Source of the DNA: a virus
Length of the DNA stretch: 64,000 nt
Strand: one strand, 5' to 3'
IMG/VR virus record: IMGVR_UViG_3300027749_000095
Coordinates: 1 to 64,000 of that record
Shown here: in pieces, positions 25,735 to 34,640 of the stretch
Numbering within the stretch: position 1 is the stretch's first letter
Layout: every line of letters starts with the position of its first letter
Notes under the pieces: generated by a model
Told to the model about the DNA's origin: nothing
The model's database searches: none
The model's input: only the letters and a program-made list of their open reading frames with translations
Made by a program: the position numbers and the translations under genes

Positions 25735-26779
25735 CATTAAGTTTAAACTGCTCATATAACCAGGACCAGTCATTAATTTTAATTAATGCGTCCTGGTTTT
25801 CTTTATTTTCTATACCGTATTGCATACCTAACACAGCGCCTGGAATAACATATTCCCCAAATGGTCTGTCTAATCCTTTAGTAGTCCATATTGCTAATCT
25901 TTTAGCAGTTTCATCTTGATCTGATCTTGCAATAACATTGCTGACTAACTTGGCTGCTTCTCTAAATCCACTGCGCCAGGCATTCCAAGGACTAGATGCA
26001 AATCTATTAACACTTGCCACAATAGGCATAATCTTAAGTTTATTACTAAGACTAGTACTAATGTCAACTCCGTCTTTTGTTACGTCAAATAACATTTTAG
26101 GTAGCAGTTTGATAGCACCATTACCATACTCGAGATCATTTATTTCGTTGCGACTGTGCCATATATGTACTAGGTCAAAGTCATAATCTTCTACATGATA
26201 GTCAAAGTTAAATGTGTCCAGCACTTCATTGTCAGCATCAACTACCCAAAAATAATCTGTTGTAGATTGTTCTGCACAGGCCTTATGACTAAGGTAGATA
26301 TTCTTTTCACCGTATACACGTTTAGCTTGCGGAAATCTATTGCTTAATATTTGCCAGTTATCCCAACTATTGGGTTCGTTGTAGGATAGAAAAAATATAT
26401 CATAAGTTATATCTTGTTGCACTACATAATTGTTTATATATTTTAAATTTGTAAAAAACTCTTGACTTGTATCTATCTGATGAGTTTTAGGAATTAGATA
26501 ACATTGAAATTTATCAGCGTATTTTTGAAATAATTTAAACACATGTACAAATTCGCCATCCCATTTTTTAGGCTCAAACTCTATCATTGTATCTAAGGAG
26601 TCATAGCTTGAATCTATAAACCAAAAGAATTTAGTAAGAACATTTTTCTTAGCCAGATTAGCAGTGTTAGTTAATGTGCTATCAAACTCTATAAATTTAG
26701 CAAACGGATATTTTTCTATTAAGAGATTTTTACGCTCATTAAGAAGAGGTTTAGAATTATAAAATACTATATCGTACAT
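25709..26779 (-). CDS. GT-A (DxD) glycosyltransferase-like protein with degenerate N-terminal repeat
   Basis: YDIFFLSYNEPN, HKACA, FWVVDADN, YGNGAIKL and WRSGFRE. The N-terminal half repeats YDI...FFWFIDS. Confidence 0.7.
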   Translation of the reverse strand: MYDIVFYNSKPLLNERKNLLIEKYPFAKFIEFDSTLTNTANLAKKNVLTKFFWFIDSSYDSLDTMIEFEPKKWDGEFVHVFKLFQKYADKFQCYLIPKTHQIDTSQEFFTNLKYINNYVVQQDITYDIFFLSYNEPNSWDNWQILSNRFPQAKRVYGEKNIYLSHKACAEQSTTDYFWVVDADNEVLDTFNFDYHVEDYDFDLVHIWHSRNEINDLEYGNGAIKLLPKMLFDVTKDGVDISTSLSNKLKIMPIVASVNRFASSPWNAWRSGFREAAKLVSNVIARSDQDETAKRLAIWTTKGLDRPFGEYVIPGAVLGMQYGIENKENQDALIKINDWSWLYEQFKLNVKLPLRPE

Positions 26780-27690
26780 TATTCTTTGTCCAAAAATCCA
26801 TGACCTTTACGATACTGATTAAGGTGCACTGATTTAAAAAATTTACTAGCATCGGCATTTAAATCTGCTATCTCGAGATCGAGTGCGTTTTTCAAGCTGA
26901 CGCCATAGGTTTTGATAGAGTCTTCAAGATCTATATGTTCTACATCACTGTGCCATAGGCCGGTAAGATAATCAAAATCTCTAACCTGTATATAGTCCCA
27001 GTTAGTGCAGTTGGTCATATAACACCCGTGACGAGCACCAAGAATTGCCCAAAGCCCATTGGTTGCATCGGCGCCGACATTAAGCCAGACTCGCAAACGA
27101 TCTAAATTTTTCCAATGAATTTCTTTTTTAAATTCTTTGTTAGCAGTTTTAACGCCGCGCTCAAGTGACATCTTTACGCCTTCACGGAAGCCAGCTCTCC
27201 ATGATTGAAACGGACTTGCATTATTATATACGTCCGAAAAGCAACTATTCATTTGAATATACTCAGCATCCCAACAAAAGTCTACTTGTGCATTAGGGTC
27301 GTCTGCAGGTGCATTTTCGTGTGTTTTCATGTCTAAAACATACTGTTTAGGCCACAATTTTAGACCTCCATTGCCGTACATTAGACCGTTTACTACGTTG
27401 TACCCTGCCCAGCTAATAACACACTTAGATAAGTCTTTATGCTCATCAAAATCAATTTCTTGATTTAAGAAATCTTCCCGTACAGTATTGTCGCCGTCTA
27501 CCGTAACAAATCGATCTGTATCACTTAAACGAGCGCAGGCTTTGTGGGCGGCATCACTACCTTTAACGCCATGCACACGCTTTGCCCAAGGTACCTTCTT
27601 TAACAAATCTGCATAATTTTTTTCTGCATTTGGTTCGTCGTAACTAAGATAGATAATATCGTAATCTAAAATTTTAACTGTTTGTGTCAT
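26779..27690 (-). CDS. GT-A glycosyltransferase-like protein (paralog of 25709..26779)
   Basis: YDIIYLSYDEPN, HKACA, FVTVDGDN, YGNGGLKL and WRAGFRE. Confidence 0.7.
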   Translation of the reverse strand: MTQTVKILDYDIIYLSYDEPNAEKNYADLLKKVPWAKRVHGVKGSDAAHKACARLSDTDRFVTVDGDNTVREDFLNQEIDFDEHKDLSKCVISWAGYNVVNGLMYGNGGLKLWPKQYVLDMKTHENAPADDPNAQVDFCWDAEYIQMNSCFSDVYNNASPFQSWRAGFREGVKMSLERGVKTANKEFKKEIHWKNLDRLRVWLNVGADATNGLWAILGARHGCYMTNCTNWDYIQVRDFDYLTGLWHSDVEHIDLEDSIKTYGVSLKNALDLEIADLNADASKFFKSVHLNQYRKGHGFLDKE

Positions 27691-28304
27691 GATATGATAT
27701 AATGTCCAACTGAGGAAAAGAATTGTTTGACAAAGACAACGGTATTCTCAACATCGCCTTCTTTGTCTGAATGATAGTATACAATTTCTCTGTCTTTCTT
27801 AATTAATTCATTTATTGAAACTTTAATAGTTCTGTAGATAAAATTCATGTTACGTTTGTCAATTATATAAATCTCAAGGGTAGTATTAAGATTATATTTT
27901 TTTAATATTTCTTTTTGATCTGTGCGTATTTGAAATCCCCATTTTTTAAATGTAGGATAATTTTCAATAGTAAACATACTGTCCCAATTAGTAACTAACG
28001 GAGCACGGGTCAGGAATACTGCTGCAATATCATCTTCATATTTAGAAATAATTCTTGGAGTATTTTGGTCAATAAATGTGATCTGAAAATCTTTAAACTG
28101 ACTTATTCCATTTAAAAAGTCTTTAATAACATCAAATTCAAACTCCACAAAGCAGTCATACACCGTACTTTCTTCATTAGTAATACTTACAATGTTGCCG
28201 GAGTCTTTATCAAAATATACTCGATAAGGTAATACTACAGTACTCAATGCTAATGACTGAGCTAACAATTCATAAGGGATAATGTCTTCTTCTGGATTAT
28301 ACAT
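27687..28304 (-). CDS. hypothetical protein in glycosyltransferase cluster
   Basis: 205 aa, AT-rich, overlapping both neighbours. Confidence 0.65.
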   Translation of the reverse strand: MYNPEEDIIPYELLAQSLALSTVVLPYRVYFDKDSGNIVSITNEESTVYDCFVEFEFDVIKDFLNGISQFKDFQITFIDQNTPRIISKYEDDIAAVFLTRAPLVTNWDSMFTIENYPTFKKWGFQIRTDQKEILKKYNLNTTLEIYIIDKRNMNFIYRTIKVSINELIKKDREIVYYHSDKEGDVENTVVFVKQFFSSVGHYIIS

Positions 28305-29121
28305 TTAATTTCTCAATGATCGTATCTGTAAGGAATGCATCTTCCACATAATGGAATACACCATGTTGTCTAAAATTATTTAGATACAACTCTCTAGCGT
28401 CTGTAAAATTAATTAATAATTGACTTAGACAAGAATGTGGAATAGGATCCCACCCTTGTAATGCTGGCTTTAAATGCGTAAATGTAAATGGGCTGTTTTT
28501 ATTTGTAATGATATCATCAATTCCCATTAACTTAGCAGCAATGGCTACTGATACATCAAAACTATAGAAGTTCTGCATGTTCTTAGGAGCAACTTCATAA
28601 AATATTTTATTCCAATTATTAGTAATAAATTCTAATAATTTAAAAAAATCTTCTGCAAGTTGCGATTTTTTAAAATAACACATTCCAGAGTATAAATTTG
28701 GTAAATCATTAGCTACAAACATTTTTCTATATGTGTTATCAACAACTGTACGTGATTTATAATCTACAACCGACGATGTAAAAAATAAATCTCGTTCACT
28801 AGCAAATTTCCAAACATGTTCTATATTATCTAAAACTAGCATGTCTGCATCAAGTACAATGGTTTCATCATAGGGGCTTGACCTGTAAAGTTTCCATCTA
28901 TTTTCTACTTTCCATGTGCTATTTGCAGCTGAGTCTCCAAAATAAATTGGGATAACTTTATCAAATACTTTAGAAAAACCTAGCGGTAACGAATCATTAG
29001 TAACAATACTAATATTATTAATAGTAGGCTGTGTTGCTTTAATACTCAGGGCCAGAGCATATGCTTGTCTAATATAGTCAACATCACTATTCTGAGCAAG
29101 TACTAAAAAGCCCTTACTCAT
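28297..29121 (-). CDS. nucleotide-diphospho-sugar transferase (GT-A, GT8-like)
   Basis: G.L..AQN...DY...A..LALSIK, SPYDETIVLDADML and FTHLKP. Confidence 0.75.
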   Translation of the reverse strand: MSKGFLVLAQNSDVDYIRQAYALALSIKATQPTINNISIVTNDSLPLGFSKVFDKVIPIYFGDSAANSTWKVENRWKLYRSSPYDETIVLDADMLVLDNIEHVWKFASERDLFFTSSVVDYKSRTVVDNTYRKMFVANDLPNLYSGMCYFKKSQLAEDFFKLLEFITNNWNKIFYEVAPKNMQNFYSFDVSVAIAAKLMGIDDIITNKNSPFTFTHLKPALQGWDPIPHSCLSQLLINFTDARELYLNNFRQHGVFHYVEDAFLTDTIIEKLNV

Positions 29122-29953
29122 GTACTACTCCATCAATGCAACGAGTAAGACTAAATTTGTTCATAACATGTACATCTAGATTGCTAGTTTTAACAGCAGT
29201 ATATTCACCATTATAGTTTTTCTTTTCCACTAGAAATTTTAATTTTGACTTATCTATTTCTAATAATATATCTCTATCTAAAATATAGTTCATCTTTCCC
29301 GGCAGCGGAGCTGCAAAATCTTCGCCCATCATATGTATTGCAATGCTAAATGCAAAGTCATTTCTAAATACTGTGGAGTCTACGTTATATAACAAACGAT
29401 AGTAATTCCAATTTAATTTAATGTTTTTAATTAGATCAAAGAATGCCCATGTTACTGTGGTCTTTTTAAAATAAAATGCAGTGGCCCAATAGAACGGAAT
29501 TGAGTGTTGATTTAAATATCGAAAACTACGGTCATCACGCCAGTTGGCTAAATCAAAGCTGTCTTTATATATTAGGAAATCTTGTTGATTGTTCCATATA
29601 TTTTTTAGTGTAGGACTGCTAATGATAAAATCACTGTCAATAACCAATGTCTCATCGTAGGGAGACAAATCGCAACAATCGCTCCTTGATAAGTTTTTCC
29701 ATGTTAAAGTTTTTGCAGCCAAGGACCCGTCATAGAATTTTTTAGTCTGATGTGTCTCTGTCCATATTTCTATAATTTGATCAAACACTGATTCGGCATC
29801 AGGTTGGCTTTGGTTAATCCATCCTGCACTGTCAGTTACTAGACTCACAGGAACATCTAGATATTCTTTTACTCGTTTGGCGGCAAACACAGATATCTTT
29901 GCATAATCAATTTCTGCATTGTTTTGTGCAAATATTAAAACGCCACGTGTCAT
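29114..29953 (-). CDS. nucleotide-diphospho-sugar transferase (paralog of 28297..29121)
   Basis: GVLIFAQNN..IDY, SPYDETLVIDSDF, FRNDFAFSIA and HVMNK. Confidence 0.75.
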   Translation of the reverse strand: MTRGVLIFAQNNAEIDYAKISVFAAKRVKEYLDVPVSLVTDSAGWINQSQPDAESVFDQIIEIWTETHQTKKFYDGSLAAKTLTWKNLSRSDCCDLSPYDETLVIDSDFIISSPTLKNIWNNQQDFLIYKDSFDLANWRDDRSFRYLNQHSIPFYWATAFYFKKTTVTWAFFDLIKNIKLNWNYYRLLYNVDSTVFRNDFAFSIAIHMMGEDFAAPLPGKMNYILDRDILLEIDKSKLKFLVEKKNYNGEYTAVKTSNLDVHVMNKFSLTRCIDGVVHE

Positions 29954-30297
29954 AGGGCTATTAAATCGCCAACACGGCGTTTAGATCTAATTTGATTGTA
30001 TTTTACCAAATATTCATTAGTTGCACTAAAATAGATAGAAATGATCTCGTCTAAAAACAATTTTAAATCGGGTATTTCTACTGGGATATTGTTGTCGTCA
30101 AGTACTACTGCAACGGTAGTATTGCGGGCAACTAGGGTGCTGATAAAAGTAATTAAATTTCTTTCAATAGTGAAACTTGCACCTTGAAAATAATAGATAA
30201 GACTTTGTTGAAATTCTTCAAGAATAACCTTGCGTTGATTACTCAACGTGGTCATATAATTGGCTGTTTGAAATGCTTTTTCTAATCGTTCGTCCAC
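29950..30297 (-). CDS. hypothetical protein
   Basis: 115 aa, GTG start with GGAGG RBS, LDDNNIPV motif. Confidence 0.7.
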   Translation of the reverse strand: MDERLEKAFQTANYMTTLSNQRKVILEEFQQSLIYYFQGASFTIERNLITFISTLVARNTTVAVVLDDNNIPVEIPDLKLFLDEIISIYFSATNEYLVKYNQIRSKRRVGDLIAL

Positions 30298-30314
30298 AGT
30301 AACCTCCAGAGCTT

Positions 30315-30333
30315 TTACTATACAGTATAGTAA
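30315..30333. promoter_or_regulatory. perfect 19-bp palindrome upstream of GT cluster
   Basis: TTACTATAC-A-GTATAGTAA, adjacent to minus-strand CTAATTA. Confidence 0.5.
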
Positions 30334-30356
30334 TTAGCTTGTTAAGAAGTTTAGGG

Positions 30357-31250
30357 TTACATTCCTGACTGACTAGCAGAAGGTCCGGTGACTGATACGT
30401 TTGCGCCGGACGGACGATATTGACTAACTACGCTATTTAATGTACCGTCTGCGTTTTCGTCAACGTTTGGATCTCCAACGTCGTTGTCTTGGAATTCAAT
30501 AGTTAAAATTAATTGTGTTGACCCTGCATCTTTACGGGCATATACATAGTATCTATTTTCTGCATATGATCCCGATGGGGCACTTTTTTGACCAATTAAT
30601 TGATTAGATGTTGTAAGATCAAACCATCCAACTGCCGAGCCAGTTGCACTTGATCCAGTAACCGTTGTTTGAGTGTAATCCATAACGAACTCGCCCATTT
30701 GAGTAAACATGGTATCCCAAGTTGTATTCTTGCTGCTTGATGTGCCGCCGGATCTATTAGCGGATACACGAATCTTGCCGCCTGCATTAAAAAAATATCG
30801 CATATTATCAGCAGTACTTGACACTGTTACAGTGTGCGTAAGAGTTCCGTTCCATGCTGTTGAACGAGTTCCTGTAATTAGTCCTTCACTTGAATATTGT
30901 GAAGCACCAATTAGGAATTTATCCGAAGTTATAGTGTTTGAAAATAAATTAAATTGATTACGCAATGCTTCTGTAATGGAGTTGCCGCTGGCTGGTACTA
31001 ATAAATTTGCACCGTCGGTTGCGCTGCCGTTGCTTACTGTTATACCTTGATGCTGACGGCATTTTACCATATCATTGCGCAAAGCAAGCCAACTAGCTGC
31101 ATAAATTACAGATCCTGCAGATACTGTTGGTGAGGTTATAGACTGACCATAGCCTGTTTGTCCCGATCCTGTACCAAAAACTAAATCTACTTTAGCTTTA
31201 ATTGTATCGTAATCGGCTTTTTCAATTGTTGACCCAACACCTGCTGACAT
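30357..31250 (-). CDS. virion structural protein (tail-associated)
   Basis: 297 aa, Ser/Thr/Gly-rich, GYGQ and RYFFNAGG motifs, follows the tail-fibre genes. Confidence 0.65.
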   Translation of the reverse strand: MSAGVGSTIEKADYDTIKAKVDLVFGTGSGQTGYGQSITSPTVSAGSVIYAASWLALRNDMVKCRQHQGITVSNGSATDGANLLVPASGNSITEALRNQFNLFSNTITSDKFLIGASQYSSEGLITGTRSTAWNGTLTHTVTVSSTADNMRYFFNAGGKIRVSANRSGGTSSSKNTTWDTMFTQMGEFVMDYTQTTVTGSSATGSAVGWFDLTTSNQLIGQKSAPSGSYAENRYYVYARKDAGSTQLILTIEFQDNDVGDPNVDENADGTLNSVVSQYRPSGANVSVTGPSASQSGM

Positions 31251-31260
31251 GTTTTATCCC

Positions 31261-32754
31261 TTATAATACAATTGCTTCGACCAGTTTAACACCAGTATCG
31301 TTACTACTTTCCAATGCAATGGCAAAAACATCATTTGAATGATGTACTCCTACACTTGCACAACCGTCATTTGCTGCAATTAAACTGTCGCCTTTGCGAA
31401 CAGCACCACTTACTTTTATAGGAACACGGCCTTTTAACGCAATGTATGTTCCGCCTTCTAACTCACTATTCATCATGTAAGCTGGGTTAGCAGATACTGC
31501 TCCTATTGCACGTTTACCCCACGAGCTAGCAGTGACTTCTTTTTCACCACCTACTACAACTACTGTGCCAATTTCATATTCTTGATCTGCAAGGTATTTT
31601 TCTGCCAAGTCAGCATATTGTGCGGAAGTAGCTATACCACGGAATACATTAGCTGTTAAATCGCCAAGGTTGTCTCGAGCTGCTACAGTGTGTACTACCG
31701 CATTTGCGGTTGCTGATCGATATATTCCACCAACATTAAGCGTGTCAGCTTGAGTTGCTGGACCATTGAATGATGTTGCATAAATTGTTGCATATTTAAA
31801 ACTAGCAGATCCAATATTAGATACGCTATCTGCACCTGGTAAAATATTATTATCAGATAAAGTTAATGGGGTTCTAACACTTCCTGATGTTGTCTGGAAG
31901 GACAACAGTGAAGTTGCAGACTTAATTAACGGATTACTACTAGTAATATTAACTGTTAAAGTAGCAACACCTGCTCCGCTTGTGCCGCCTACAGTAAATC
32001 CGCCATTATTAAATAACGCAGGGGTAATAGCAGGGGTAAAATCAAAGTCAAGAATACTAAGGAAATCGTCAGCAGTAACTCCGCCCAGTGCAAGCGCATT
32101 TGTAGCAGTTCCGTGAAACACTTCAGTTGCAGTTGTTGTTATGCCTTCTGCATTGTTAGTATCTTTTAATGTAATACCAGCTTTAATAATTCCAAACCCT
32201 GAAATACTGTTGCCCAGTACTGCATCATCAATTACAAACGATTCTTTAGAAATAATATAGATTGTAGTGTCATCAACTACCGCTTGGATAACTGGTACTA
32301 GTGCTCCGCCTGTTCCAGAGGTAGCCCTAACACTACGAGATTTCATCTGCGTAGTGCCGCTACCTGAGACTCCTTGAGGTCCAACTAGGATAAATTCTGT
32401 TCCGCTCCATGAATATAACTGATCGTTAGCAGTATCCCACCAAAAATCACCTTGAGTTAATCCTGTAGGTGCAGTTGGACCAATCTCGGCGCCACCTGTT
32501 GTGCGCCACTTAGTGCTATCATAAAATTTTAATTTCTTAACGCTGCTATCGTACCAAATTTGACCAGAAATTCTTCGTGGTGGCTCTGTTGGGCTGGAAA
32601 AGTGTTCCAACAAGTGTAAGAAATTTTCGTTTTGGACTTCACCGTATCCAGCGTAATTTTTGCCGATAAGTTTAATATCGAGCGTATTGTCGATGGTGCC
32701 GTCTTCAACGACGGTTAGTGTTGTCCCATTATATCTGTCAATGCTATACGCCAT
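31261..32754 (-). CDS. tail fibre protein with C-terminal chaperone-like domain
   Basis: Shared N-terminal GKNY.GYG...NENF..LLE.F...GQ.WYD domain. C-terminal AQYADLAEKY...ALKGRVP.KV. Confidence 0.75.
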   Translation of the reverse strand: MAYSIDRYNGTTLTVVEDGTIDNTLDIKLIGKNYAGYGEVQNENFLHLLEHFSSPTEPPRRISGQIWYDSSVKKLKFYDSTKWRTTGGAEIGPTAPTGLTQGDFWWDTANDQLYSWSGTEFILVGPQGVSGSGTTQMKSRSVRATSGTGGALVPVIQAVVDDTTIYIISKESFVIDDAVLGNSISGFGIIKAGITLKDTNNAEGITTTATEVFHGTATNALALGGVTADDFLSILDFDFTPAITPALFNNGGFTVGGTSGAGVATLTVNITSSNPLIKSATSLLSFQTTSGSVRTPLTLSDNNILPGADSVSNIGSASFKYATIYATSFNGPATQADTLNVGGIYRSATANAVVHTVAARDNLGDLTANVFRGIATSAQYADLAEKYLADQEYEIGTVVVVGGEKEVTASSWGKRAIGAVSANPAYMMNSELEGGTYIALKGRVPIKVSGAVRKGDSLIAANDGCASVGVHHSNDVFAIALESSNDTGVKLVEAIVL

Positions 32755-32777
32755 TCGATCTACCCCTTAACTGTTAG

Positions 32778-32784
32778 TATTTAG
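32778..32784 (-). promoter_or_regulatory. late promoter (CTAAATA)
   Basis: CTAAATA about 24 nt upstream of ATG 32754. Confidence 0.6.
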
Positions 32785-32786
32785 CT

Positions 32787-34640
32787 TTATGGACCCGTGA
32801 TGTCTGTCCATAGGCTAGACTGTATTTCAAAGATCTTTAATGATCTAGTTACTGTTACGGTTGCTGAGCCTAAATTTAAAGAATTTATATCAAAATCTTC
32901 TAATACAGGCTGATTTTGGTTCCCACCGTTTTTATCAACTGCAATATAATGTTTTACAAAATCACCAGTAGTAACTGGGCTAGTAGAATTAGTTAACACT
33001 ACAGCAGGATATGTAATTACTTGAGCTGTACAATGTATCCTAGCCCGAGTACCTTCTTCATAATATGATGTAGGAGCAATATCATCTAAAACTGCGGCAA
33101 TTCCTGCACTGTTTAATCCAGTAATATCTAAACTTAACGGAATAGTGCGGGCTCTAGTATATGTTTCGGTCCATATTTTTGTAGTTGCATCTTGATCACT
33201 AGTGGGATCAGCAAGTCCCGTAATTTTAGGGCTACCGATTAACACAACATTGCCAGTGCCATCAGGTGCAAGCTCTATATTGCCATCGGTATCTAATGAA
33301 CTTAATCTATTATTATTTAAGTACAAATTGTCAACTGTTACTTCAATCTGCGGACCAAAACTTATAATACCCGGAGCACTTGTAATTGCTGCGCTAAGAC
33401 CTGTTGAGTTTAAAATTTCTGTGCCGTTAATATATAAAGATTTACCTGCTGCTAAGTTAATATTTTCAGAGATATCAAAACTAGTATATGAAGTGTGGTC
33501 ATTCCATGCAATAGTCTTATTGGTCGTGCCTCTAATAGTAATGCCAGCGCCTGCTGCGGTAATATTAGTTGGTGATCCTACATTTGCAATAATAATATTT
33601 TTATCTTCAACTGTAAGTTCAGTAGTTGAAATCGTAGTAGTTGCACCGTTTACTGTCAAATTTCCGCTAATCAAGACATCACCATTAACATCAAGGGTCA
33701 CTGTTGGGGCATTATTAAAAATACCCACACGTTCATTTAAACTATTAACTGTGACTGCATCAACTAATCCACTGGAATTTTTAACTTTTAATAAAAAGTC
33801 TTGCCCTGAATTATTACTAACTATTTGGAATGCATTGTTATCTACTCGGATTTCACTATTAGCACTTGGTCCTAGAATCAACGGAGTACCATTTTGAATT
33901 ACTAATGTGCCGAAGCCGTTAATATCAGTTGCAATTGTAGATGTTCCACTTGTTGTTATAAAATTCTCAACTGTTTTGCTGTTACCGTATGCATCAAGTA
34001 GTGCGTTGGCAGTAGTAGCAGTAACATGAAATTTCATCCCAGATAATGTTCCTTGATTAAAACCTGGAGAAATTGTGCCGGTAAATCCACTAAGTCCAGA
34101 GGTGCCATCTCTAGGAGTAAAAGGAGTTGAATATTTACTAAAAATACCTAATAGTGTTGTTGCAACCCATAATTTAAGAATTACTCGAGGAGCATTATTT
34201 GTATCATAAATAGTATCAACTTCAAACCCGGATATTCCTTGACTATCTTTCCATATCTTACTAGCAGGATGTCTACTAGAAGCACCAGTATAAAAATACA
34301 ACTGATTTTCAGCACTGTCGATCCAAAAATCTCCCTGTATAGCTGTAATTGGGGCGGTTCCAGAAACTATAGGACCGCTGCCATTTTTAAATCCAAAACC
34401 GTCATATACTTTTAATCTGTTTTCACTAGTGTCAAACCATAGCTGGCCAGCTAATGGATTATTAGGTTGGCTAGTGTTGGCAAAGTTTTCCAGGACCTTT
34501 ACAAAATTTTCATTAATAAACTCCCCATACCCTGATACATTTTTACCAATGAGTGTAATATCGGTAGTTGTTTGATCGATCGCACTGTCGATAACTTCAG
34601 CAATTAGCGACCCATCAGTTTTGTTAATCTTATAAGTCAT
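32787..34640 (-). CDS. tail fibre protein
   Basis: Same N-terminal anchor domain, with LDVNGD...GNLTVNG.TTT and ITGLADPT..QDA.TK fibre motifs. Confidence 0.75.
   Translation of the reverse strand: MTYKINKTDGSLIAEVIDSAIDQTTTDITLIGKNVSGYGEFINENFVKVLENFANTSQPNNPLAGQLWFDTSENRLKVYDGFGFKNGSGPIVSGTAPITAIQGDFWIDSAENQLYFYTGASSRHPASKIWKDSQGISGFEVDTIYDTNNAPRVILKLWVATTLLGIFSKYSTPFTPRDGTSGLSGFTGTISPGFNQGTLSGMKFHVTATTANALLDAYGNSKTVENFITTSGTSTIATDINGFGTLVIQNGTPLILGPSANSEIRVDNNAFQIVSNNSGQDFLLKVKNSSGLVDAVTVNSLNERVGIFNNAPTVTLDVNGDVLISGNLTVNGATTTISTTELTVEDKNIIIANVGSPTNITAAGAGITIRGTTNKTIAWNDHTSYTSFDISENINLAAGKSLYINGTEILNSTGLSAAITSAPGIISFGPQIEVTVDNLYLNNNRLSSLDTDGNIELAPDGTGNVVLIGSPKITGLADPTSDQDATTKIWTETYTRARTIPLSLDITGLNSAGIAAVLDDIAPTSYYEEGTRARIHCTAQVITYPAVVLTNSTSPVTTGDFVKHYIAVDKNGGNQNQPVLEDFDINSLNLGSATVTVTRSLKIFEIQSSLWTDITGP

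Noticed and set aside
33202-33897. 231-aa plus-strand ORF and many similar antisense ORFs across 25.7-60.2 kb
   Set aside because: They are shadows of minus-strand structural genes arising from codon bias, with no RBS or motifs.
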